From positions 1 to 64,000 of IMG/VR virus record IMGVR_UViG_3300023174_000056: DNA of 64,000 nt. One strand, given 5' to 3'. The DNA comes from a virus. Shown piece after piece: positions 1-6,723 of this stretch. The translations under genes and the position numbers were made by a program. How positions within the stretch are numbered: position 1 is the stretch's first letter; the number at the start of each line of letters is the position of its first letter. The notes beneath the pieces are model-generated. The model worked only from the letters and a program-made list of their open reading frames with translations. It made no database searches and was not told the DNA's origin.

Positions 1-8
1 TTAACGGT

Positions 9-338
9 CTAATCACCCTTTGGACTAAACTGAATTACGTTATCCTTATTTTCTGATTTCTTCTTTTTGTCTTTTTGCTTTGGATTAGGCGAAGGATTCA
101 GATAAATAAACCTAGCAACAAACTTCTTGTTTGGAACAGTAATAGTTGTTTTACATTCTTTACAATTAATCTGTAGACCTGTTCCACCATCAAGAATTGC
201 AATACCCCATTGCATATTTGCTTCTTCGTAATCACCATCACAGCAATTACAAACAGGCTCAGTTAGCCTAATGTCAATTCTGTCAAACATTTGTTTGCGC
301 CTTATCCATTTCTTTAGTTTGTTGAGCATGAATACCAT
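9..338 (-). CDS. Hypothetical protein with two CxxC pairs (Zn-ribbon-like)
   Basis: CNCC and CKEC motifs; true start may be a downstream Met. Confidence 0.6.
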   Translation of the reverse strand: MVFMLNKLKKWIRRKQMFDRIDIRLTEPVCNCCDGDYEEANMQWGIAILDGGTGLQINCKECKTTITVPNKKFVARFIYLNPSPNPKQKDKKKKSENKDNVIQFSPKGD

Positions 339-428
339 TGGAGGAAAGAGAAGGATTTGAACCTTCGGAACCCGTTAAGGTTCATCAGTTTTCAAGACTG
401 ACTGTTTAAGCCGCTCACACACCTTTCC
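339..428 (-). tRNA. tRNA-Ser(UGA)
   Basis: Anticodon arm TCAGT-CTTGAAA-ACTGA, long variable arm, TTCAAAT T-loop, encoded CCA. Confidence 0.95.
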
Positions 429-433
429 ATAAT

Positions 434-510
434 TGGCGATCCCGATAGGAGTCGAACCTATAACCTACGAGGTAGAAGCTCGTTGCTCTATCCAATTGAG
501 CTACGGGACC
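434..510 (-). tRNA. tRNA-Arg(UCU)
   Basis: ACGAG-CTTCTAC-CTCGT, TTCGACT T-loop, CCA. Confidence 0.95.
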
Positions 511-523
511 GTTATTTCAAAAT

Positions 524-597
524 TGGTTCGGGATGATGGATTTGAACCACCATAGGCAGATTCAAAGTCTGCCGTCCTGCCCTTAGACGAATCCCGA
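524..597 (-). tRNA. tRNA-Gln(UUG)
   Basis: GCAGA-CTTTGAA-TCTGC, U1-A72, CCA. Confidence 0.95.
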
Positions 598-615
598 ATA
601 AAAACTATTTATAGT

Positions 616-825
616 ATGACTTACACACAAGGACAACTAATAGTTATCCGCACTAGATTACTTCTGAGAGGTGCCATAGATGCTGGGGGCGAATCCGAAG
701 CAATCTATATGTTTTTATCTTCAGAAGACGGTATTGCAAAAGTATACAAACTTTCTACTGGCGACACAATACTTATTGATTTAAGTGATCCAAGAATCAT
801 ATCGCACCAACCTTACAATGGGTAA
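616..825 (+). CDS. Small hypothetical protein, the only credible plus-strand ORF
   Basis: Fills the gap between tRNA-Gln and a structured RNA; ACTATTTATA motif 2 nt before ATG. Confidence 0.55.
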   Translation: MTYTQGQLIVIRTRLLLRGAIDAGGESEAIYMFLSSEDGIAKVYKLSTGDTILIDLSDPRIISHQPYNG

Positions 826-833
826 AAAAACAT

Positions 834-969
834 TATGCGGGGTTGGTTTCTCGACCCAACGACTATCTGCGCTTCCATAATTTTGTCTCAAGGCAATTGG
901 TGTTCAATGCACCAAACCCGACTGGGTGTTCGCAGCAGAGTTGAACACCAATAATAATTAGCCCGCATA
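834..969 (-). ncRNA. Structured non-coding RNA of about 136 nt in the tRNA cluster
   Basis: Terminal stem TATGCGGG/CCCGCATA, 12-bp stem ATTGGTGTTCAA/TTGAACACCAAT, hairpin GTTGG-GTCGAGAAA-CCAAC beside the closing stem; strand inferred from context. Confidence 0.65.
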
Positions 970-982
970 GTCTTTAAATTGT

Positions 983-1056
983 TGGCAGGGAATGTAGGAA
1001 TCGAACCCACGACAGGAGTTTTGGAGACTCTTATGATACCATTTCACTAATTCCCT
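983..1056 (-). tRNA. tRNA-Trp(CCA)
   Basis: GAGT-CTCCAAA-ACTC, TTCGATT T-loop, CCA. Confidence 0.93.
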
Positions 1057-1061
1057 GTGAA

Positions 1062-1146
1062 TGATGTTGAACCCTCGTATGGGACTTGAACCCATATGAA
1101 CGATCCCTCGTTATCTTGCCGTTAGACGAACGAGGATTCAGCATCA
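1062..1146 (-). ncRNA. tRNA-like RNA 1 (no anticodon, GNRA-capped, extended acceptor stem, no CCA)
   Basis: 17-bp terminal helix with one C-A mismatch; D arm GTCT-AACGGCA-AGAT; AACGA-GGGA-TCGTT; T arm ATGGG-TTCAAGT-CCCAT. Confidence 0.8.
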
Positions 1147-1152
1147 AATTGC

Positions 1153-1228
1153 TGGTGCCGCCCCTTGGGATCGAACCAAGTTTGTCGGTTCTTCAGACCG
1201 ATGCAATGACCACATCTGCTAAAGCGGC
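1153..1228 (-). tRNA. tRNA-Phe(GAA)
   Basis: TCGGT-CTGAAGA-ACCGA, TTCGATC T-loop, CCA. Confidence 0.93.
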
Positions 1229-1237
1229 ATTACGAAT

Positions 1238-1312
1238 TGGTGACCCTAAGCGGATTTGAACCGCTGTAACAGCCTTGAAAGGGCTGTGTCCTAACCGTTA
1301 GACGATAGGGCC
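1238..1312 (-). tRNA. tRNA-Glu(UUC)
   Basis: CAGCC-CTTTCAA-GGCTG, CCA. Confidence 0.95.
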
Positions 1313-1316
1313 AAAT

Positions 1317-1392
1317 TGGTGAGGAAGGTGGGACTCGAACCCACAACTAACGGCTTAAAAGGCCGCTACTCTAACCATTGAGTTACTTCCCC
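1317..1392 (-). tRNA. tRNA-Lys(UUU)
   Basis: GCGGC-CTTTTAA-GCCGT, TTCGAGT T-loop, CCA. Confidence 0.95.
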
Positions 1393-1403
1393 GAAAAGTA
1401 CTG

Positions 1404-1488
1404 TAACTAAAGAGAACAGGAGTCGAACCTATTATTACAAGGGTGCCCCCTTGCTGTGATTATGTATCCGTTTCACTCTCTCTTGTTA
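1404..1488 (-). ncRNA. tRNA-like RNA 2 (no anticodon, GNRA-capped, extended acceptor stem, no CCA)
   Basis: TAAC-AAGAGA pairs with TCTCTT-TA-GTTA; D-like arm GTG-AAACGGATA-CAT; GCAAGGG-GGCA-CCCTTGT; T arm ATAGG-TTCGACT-CCTGT. Confidence 0.72.
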
Positions 1489-1495
1489 AGAAAAT

Positions 1496-1779
1496 TGGCT
1501 GGCGAAGTAGGATTCGAACCTACGACCCGATGGTTACATACCACTATAGTTTTCACTACCCATTTCTGGTTTGTGGTCTGGACTATTCCATCATCCGCTT
1601 GGGATGGACTGATTATAGTCTCTGCACGTTCCTGATTTCTCAGGCTTCGCTCAAGATTGCCACGCTTAATACTTTAAGCAGAGGGTTCCTTGAATTTACA
1701 GTCTTTTCATTTTGATGTTACCATCAAACGCTGCTATTTTGTTTACAGCCATCTGCTCTGCCTACTGAGCTATTCGCCA
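1496..1779 (-). tRNA. tRNA-Asn(GUU) interrupted by a group I intron (exons 1745-1779 and 1496-1536)
   Basis: 35-nt 5' exon ends GATGG-CT-GT and the 3' exon starts T-AA-CCATC, giving the loop CT-GTT-AA; G73 plus CCA. Confidence 0.93.
1537..1744 (-). mobile_element. Group I intron, 208 nt, no ORF, at tRNA position 35/36
   Basis: P1 GCUGU/GCAGC with U-G at the splice site, P2 with GUAA loop, P3 GACTG/CAGTC, P AAATTCAAGGAA, Q AATCTTGAGC, R TGCAGAGACTA, S GGAATAGTCC, terminal G. Confidence 0.92.
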
Positions 1780-2327
1780 ACTAAACCTAATACTTTTGCT
1801 CTCTTTCTTATTGCATTATCCGATACGCCCAGCATTTTTCCTATTGCTACCATGCTATGCGAATCTAATAAACTCTTTAGATCAACACTATCCCAATTAA
1901 CTTTTCTGTTCTTTATATGAGCGCACTTTTCCGAACAAGTTACATTATTTCTATTTTTTTTCTTGCCACAAACAGGGCACTCATTCATTTTATCCAATCT
2001 TTCAGTTTCTCTATAATTTTCAAAGATTGGATTGAAGGTTGGCAAATTATTTGGTATTTCAACCAAACCTTCATGGTATTCTCTATGGCACCGACAGCAT
2101 AGGATAACACATTTTTTGACTTCAGAAACGAGTCTTGACCAGCTTTTTATATTACCTCTTGCTGCTCCTAATGCAAACTCTTTAGTAGATGGATCAATGT
2201 GATGAAAATCTAAAGCGCCTTCACATTTAGAATAATTACATATTACACATTTTCCGCCCATAGCTTCCAACAATCTCAACTTTGTTTTAAGTCTCCATTG
2301 TTTTACCTTATCCGAACTTTGACTCAT
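1770..2327 (-). CDS. Free-standing HNH endonuclease with Zn ribbon and C-terminal HTH
   Basis: CVICNY...LDFHHIDP...LCCRCHREYH; CPVC...CSEKC; SMVAIGKMLGVSDNAIRKR; stop codon lies inside tRNA-Asn. Confidence 0.9.
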   Translation of the reverse strand: MSQSSDKVKQWRLKTKLRLLEAMGGKCVICNYSKCEGALDFHHIDPSTKEFALGAARGNIKSWSRLVSEVKKCVILCCRCHREYHEGLVEIPNNLPTFNPIFENYRETERLDKMNECPVCGKKKNRNNVTCSEKCAHIKNRKVNWDSVDLKSLLDSHSMVAIGKMLGVSDNAIRKRAKVLGLVGE

Positions 2328-2454
2328 ATTTATTATCTCCTACTATAATAAATAGTATCATGGTTCGAAAAAGATGTTAAAATAAACACCGATTGTTTCA
2401 GTTGGCACAATCGGTAAAGCACTTGTTATCTTAGGCACATACACCTAAGAACAT

Positions 2455-2541
2455 TGGTGGGGGAAGTCGGAATCGAACCGACAAGACCGTTAAGTCGGCA
2501 GATTTTAAGTCTGCTGTGTTTACCTATTTCACCATACCCCC
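2455..2541 (-). tRNA. tRNA-Leu(UAA)
   Basis: GCAGA-CTTAAAA-TCTGC, long variable arm, A73, CCA. Confidence 0.95.
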
Positions 2542-2548
2542 GAAAAGT

Positions 2549-2638
2549 TGGTCGGCCTGCTAGGAGTCGAACCTAGTCTAGGCGGTCATCTACCGCAAAG
2601 CGATTATAAGTCGCTCTCGCAATCCGATGCACAGGCCG
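2549..2638 (-). tRNA. Atypical tRNA, anticodon UAU (nominally Ile), with long variable arm
   Basis: AGCGA-CTTATAA-TCGCT; V-arm GCGGT-AGATG-ACCGC; T arm CTAGG-TTCGACT-CCTAG; acceptor CGGCCTG/CAGGCCG-A-CCA; short D arm. Confidence 0.85.
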
Positions 2639-2728
2639 ATATAACTAACAATAACACGGTATTATTCAATTGTTAAAGAACTTTTTTGTTTCGCTGTCGT
2701 GGCTTTCGTCCAACCACCGACAAGAACC

Positions 2729-2933
2729 AGTCTATCACAGAGCGTCGAGCGTGTCAAGCACTCTTTTTTTTCTTTCGTTCTGCGCTGCGTTCTCTTTCAT
2801 CGCAGCGACAAGAACCATTCTAGCAGAGCGTCGAGGACTTGTCAAGCACCCTCTCGCTCTTTTTTTCGTCGGTGCGCCTTGCTTTCATCGCCACCGTGAA
2901 GAACAGTCTATCATGCGCCGCTCACGTTGTCAA
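2729..2933 (-). promoter_or_regulatory. Three tandem sigma70 promoters (88-bp period) driving the tRNA cluster
   Basis: TTGACA-N17-TAGACT (2729-2757), TTGACA-N17-TAGAAT (2817-2845), TTGACA-N17-TAGACT (2905-2933), all with extended -10 TGn and upstream A-tracts. Confidence 0.9.
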
Positions 2934-3182
2934 GCGGCTTCTTTTACTTTTTTTGCGGTAAATCAGTTGTGCGCTGTCATCAATATAGAAAATCCCATTG
3001 TCCGTTTGATTTCCTACTGAATCGTTTATCAACACGCCTTTCCATTTAACATCATCTTTATTTTCAAACATCTTTTCAATTAGCAATACAGTTCTTGTGT
3101 ACGGATGTTTAATTCTATGCAAATCTGGATCTGCACCATAGCAGAATTGCACAATATCAAATGGCTTGAATCGCTTACGCAT
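2922..3182 (-). CDS. Hypothetical protein (SH3/KOW-like)
   Basis: FKPFDIVQF start and beta-strand pattern. Confidence 0.55.
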   Translation of the reverse strand: MRKRFKPFDIVQFCYGADPDLHRIKHPYTRTVLLIEKMFENKDDVKWKGVLINDSVGNQTDNGIFYIDDSAQLIYRKKSKRSRLTT

Positions 3183-3444
3183 TTTGCCTTCTTTTGCCTT
3201 GCAAGGTGATTCTGGTTAGAACCAGAATTTATATTTAGGGGTTGTCTCTCAACCAATTCTACCAGATCACCTTAGTTTTAGCGCCAATTATGACGTAAAC
3301 TTCTAATCTGTGTAGGTTGAGAGAAAAGGGGCAAGCAATAACTCTCAAGCGATGTTGCATCGCTTGGAAACTTTTTAAGTTTTGTAGTTAGGTTGTCCAT
3401 AATATAACCCTAAATAGTATCCAGTTTTAGAATCTACCTTTTTA

Positions 3445-3801
3445 TTACCAACTTGAATGGTAAACTAGTTTTGATCCTGCTTTTACATCTTCCAGCAATT
3501 CCTCAAACTTCTTTATTGATTCTGTTACGTCTTGCATGAAATACTGATCATAGTCCGTTGAACCAAAGAAGAATCCATCACTTGTTGGTAGTAATACCTT
3601 TGCAGTTAATGGGGCTTGCTTAATAGCCTTCATAATGTAAATAAGGTTTTCAAGATCCTCAGTTGTCAAAGCTCTGGATGGTTCGCAATTATCAATACCA
3701 TTTTGGCAGTTCTTCACAAACCAAGCATGAAGTGCATTGAACTTTCGCCAGTATGCAACCTCATTACCATATTCATCATTGATATACATATCAAGACCCA
3801 T
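3445..3801 (-). CDS. Conserved phage hypothetical protein (MGLD...YWRKxNxxHxWF type)
   Basis: MGLDMY and YWRKFNALHAWF motifs, C-terminal YxSSW; GGAG RBS. Confidence 0.8.
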   Translation of the reverse strand: MGLDMYINDEYGNEVAYWRKFNALHAWFVKNCQNGIDNCEPSRALTTEDLENLIYIMKAIKQAPLTAKVLLPTSDGFFFGSTDYDQYFMQDVTESIKKFEELLEDVKAGSKLVYHSSW

Positions 3802-3813
3802 TACACAATCTCC

Positions 3814-4056
3814 TTATTCGATAACAACTTTTGCCTTAACCTTCTCAAACCTATCTTCAACCTTAAAACGACTCAAACAACCATTTTCTAGGTTAACGCA
3901 AAGCACAGTATCGCAATCCTGGTTAAAGTCATCTCCGTAATTTAAGCCATCGTCAGTAATAACATAATACGTACCAGCATTTTTGAATACGGTTCCAAAG
4001 TCCATTTCGCCAATTTCTTCCATGTTCTTACACTTCCGCTTATCTTCAATCTTCAT
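3814..4056 (-). CDS. Hypothetical protein
   Basis: Tightly packed minus-strand ORF. Confidence 0.6.
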   Translation of the reverse strand: MKIEDKRKCKNMEEIGEMDFGTVFKNAGTYYVITDDGLNYGDDFNQDCDTVLCVNLENGCLSRFKVEDRFEKVKAKVVIE

Positions 4057-4330
4057 TTGGTTTATCCTTTAATTTAAGAGGTTCAGATGAACCGATTTCT
4101 GGACGTTCATACTTTTCCATCTTGCCTAAGAACTTACCTTCGTAATAAGAGTCTAACCATTTGCCACATTCTTTACAATGGTAAATAAGCCAAATACTTT
4201 GTGACCAAGAATATTTATCGTTCTTTTCCCAGATAGGCTGATGCATTTTGCCTTCTTTACCTTTGCACCATTTCCTAGTATTCTTCTTTGACCTGTGTTT
4301 AGGGATTTCATCATCTTTGTCTATACTCAT
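4046..4330 (-). CDS. Hypothetical protein, Zn-binding motif
   Basis: WCKGK...H...CKECG. Confidence 0.65.
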   Translation of the reverse strand: MSIDKDDEIPKHRSKKNTRKWCKGKEGKMHQPIWEKNDKYSWSQSIWLIYHCKECGKWLDSYYEGKFLGKMEKYERPEIGSSEPLKLKDKPNED

Positions 4331-4658
4331 ATTGGTTCAGCAGTTTGGAATATAACAATCTTTATTCCTTGTTTATCTATTACCTTTGGTGGATTGTAAA
4401 CTATCTTTCTATATCTCGTCGGTCCACGGTTAACAATCCTAGCAATTATCTTATCAGCGTATTTCAAATCACAACGCTTGACACCTTCGATTGTATTGTG
4501 GGCATGGACTTTCTTACAGTATGGCATCTACTCACCAAAATGCACAGTCACACCATTCTTCCCAAATGATAGACCGTAATGTTTGCCTTCGATATTCACT
4601 CCAAGGAACAAAGCCCAAAGGATTGCAACGGTAATTGCAATATTGCGGATATTGTCAA

Positions 4659-4958
4659 TCAAGACAGAATCTCCAAATCATTGATGTTTTCGGTAAAGAT
4701 TTCTCCTTCTTCATCTTCAACGACAACAACCTGATCTCCCTGTTTAGAATAAGCAATAATCTCTAATTCAGAATCTGGGTAGTGTCCTGAAATGACTTTA
4801 GTTCCAAGTGGAACATCCCTTGCTTTCAAATCCTTGCTAATTGGCTGCTTATCAATAACTTTTTCAAGTCTATCCAAGGCAGAATTAAGCCTACTCTCAA
4901 GTTTGTTAATATGCAACCAAAGACGATCAATTGAATGTTCCATCTCATTAAATTCCAT
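4659..4958 (-). CDS. Hypothetical protein (coiled coil plus SH3/KOW-like)
   Basis: Packed ORF; VPLGTKV...DLEILS. Confidence 0.65.
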   Translation of the reverse strand: MEFNEMEHSIDRLWLHINKLESRLNSALDRLEKVIDKQPISKDLKARDVPLGTKVISGHYPDSELEIIAYSKQGDQVVVVEDEEGEIFTENINDLEILS

Positions 4959-5200
4959 TACTTAATCTCCCGAACGGTAACAATAGCGTTGCACTCGCAA
5001 CGATTATAATTGGTAGAGTAAACAGCATTAGGCGAACAGGCAGCAGCGCACTTTGAATAGAAGTCACCCTTCTGCATTTCTTCTAGTTGCCGTTCAGTCT
5101 TTGCGGTACTAATCATCATAGCGCCAGTAGCAATAACGGTAAGACCGATAAAACAGCCAATTGCAACCATCGCAGTATCGTAAAACTTTTCCTTAGTCAT
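4958..5200 (-). CDS. Small membrane-anchored Cys-rich protein
   Basis: Start MTKEKF after AGGAG; TM segment, then CxxxC...CxC. Confidence 0.6.
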   Translation of the reverse strand: MTKEKFYDTAMVAIGCFIGLTVIATGAMMISTAKTERQLEEMQKGDFYSKCAAACSPNAVYSTNYNRCECNAIVTVREIK

Positions 5201-5477
5201 CTTTCTTCTCCTTTGCATGATACATATTGGGAACACACCACTCACAAAGATCAATACCCTTTACAATCTCAACACCAACAGCATATCCGCTTCCAGCTAA
5301 GACGTAAAAACCATAATCAAAAGTGGGGTCATCGTGTTTAAAGAATTCATCGTACTCCATCTCCCCCTTACACTTGATGCAGACAAATGTTTTTGTTGGC
5401 TCCTCCGCAATATCATTTGCGGCGGCTGGTAACTCATATGGATCAACCATCACTAAGCACCTTCCAACCATATTCAT
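5193..5477 (-). CDS. Hypothetical Zn-finger protein
   Basis: CIKC and CEWC pairs. Confidence 0.6.
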   Translation of the reverse strand: MNMVGRCLVMVDPYELPAAANDIAEEPTKTFVCIKCKGEMEYDEFFKHDDPTFDYGFYVLAGSGYAVGVEIVKGIDLCEWCVPNMYHAKEKKDD

Positions 5478-5844
5478 TAATCTTTCCCGTGTTCAATTTC
5501 TTCATCAGGTCTGCTGCACCAATTTCAGTATCGCTATGCTGCCCAACCGCAGAAAGTTTAAACGCATAACGGTTACGATAATAACGCTGAGGATAAATAC
5601 CAATCACAAGATAAAGCAATTGTTCATATTTTGAAACCTGCTTTTTGGTTTCTAGATTATATTCATATCCAGTCCATTCGTGAACTGAAACCAGCTTACC
5701 TACATAGGACTTATACTTCTTGTATGTGTCTGATTCGGTATAATTTCTTTCCCGCAAAGGCTTATAACCGTAACTCATTACCTGTCCTCCGTGTCTGTGA
5801 TCAATTAACAAGGACAGGATACCATAGGTTCCCGTCCGAGTCAA
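5443..5844 (-). CDS. Hypothetical protein (SH3-like)
   Basis: Likely start MSYGY after GGAGG; YVGKLVSV...WKVLS. Confidence 0.6.
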   Translation of the reverse strand: MTRTGTYGILSLLIDHRHGGQVMSYGYKPLRERNYTESDTYKKYKSYVGKLVSVHEWTGYEYNLETKKQVSKYEQLLYLVIGIYPQRYYRNRYAFKLSAVGQHSDTEIGAADLMKKLNTGKINEYGWKVLSDG

Positions 5845-5859
5845 GATGATATTAGTCAG

Positions 5860-6723
5860 TTACTCACTAAGAATTTTAAGATCACGCTCCATCATTATAG
5901 TCTCTTGGCTATTTGCAATCCACATGATTTTAAGCCTTCTTGAGCCATAGCCATAAGAATGATTCTCGTCAAACTTAGAAATCATGCCAAGACGAGGAGC
6001 ATCCTTATTTTCCATATCCCAATAAAATGGATCTTTATTTCTATTATTCTTCAATTTATCACGCAATTGGACAAGAGTTCCAATTTTTAAAGTACGAGGT
6101 CTTGCGTTTTCTAGTTTATTACGGAAGCTAGAATCATTTGTAGCAATTGCAAACTCTACAATGGTAGGAACATCCGTTGTGTTATTGTGGTCATTCCACA
6201 CTTCACGCAAGCCGGGGCGCTTTGAAAACCATTCTTGAAATGCAATCTCATACTTTTGAAATTCATTCGTCTGTGTTGCCAAATAGGCAAGGATCGAATC
6301 AAACTTTTCAAGAGTTTGGTATGAAACGCCAGTTCCATAAGCTGCACGGAGCGTACTATAATTTGCAGACGCTGCCTTAAACTCGGTATACCAAACCTCT
6401 CTGCCCTTTTCAAGATAAGGCATAAATTGCTTTACCTCATCGTCCGTAAAAGAAAGTTCGGCTTTTGTTGCCGTACTCTTGAAGTCAAAATTTGCAGGAA
6501 CAAGATCCTTCAATTTATTTCTTGAAGCGTAATCGGCAACAATATTTGCTGCCATAGCGACATCATAACTATTTCCACGCCAATACCATCGACGGCGAAA
6601 ATCCTTAAAAGTTAAGGTCTTGCCTTCATTGGTCTTATACTTGAAATCAAGCTTGTAATGGATATTCTTATTAGACATTATCAACAGCCCTCGTTTGGAA
6701 GATAGGAAGATCCATTTGCTCAT
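5860..6723 (-). CDS. Hypothetical protein with C-terminal SH3/KOW-like domain
   Basis: LKIGTLVQLR...GSRRLKIMW...MERDLKIL; likely start MSNKN. Confidence 0.75.
   Translation of the reverse strand: MSKWIFLSSKRGLLIMSNKNIHYKLDFKYKTNEGKTLTFKDFRRRWYWRGNSYDVAMAANIVADYASRNKLKDLVPANFDFKSTATKAELSFTDDEVKQFMPYLEKGREVWYTEFKAASANYSTLRAAYGTGVSYQTLEKFDSILAYLATQTNEFQKYEIAFQEWFSKRPGLREVWNDHNNTTDVPTIVEFAIATNDSSFRNKLENARPRTLKIGTLVQLRDKLKNNRNKDPFYWDMENKDAPRLGMISKFDENHSYGYGSRRLKIMWIANSQETIMMERDLKILSE

Noticed and set aside
1496-1779. Reading the split tRNA as tRNA-Tyr(GUA)
   Set aside because: It would give a 6-nt loop, an intron not ending in G and no long variable arm; the Asn junction satisfies all group I rules.
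1443-1920. Plus-strand ORFs 1443-1715 and 1690-1920
   Set aside because: They overlap the tRNA, intron and HNH gene on the opposite strand; spurious.
2388-2453. Two hairpins between tRNA-Leu and HNH as another tRNA mimic
   Set aside because: No T-loop or D-loop motifs; more likely terminator or processing hairpins.
2700-2955. CRISPR-like array
   Set aside because: The periodic units are degenerate and explained by -35/-10 promoter elements; no cas genes.
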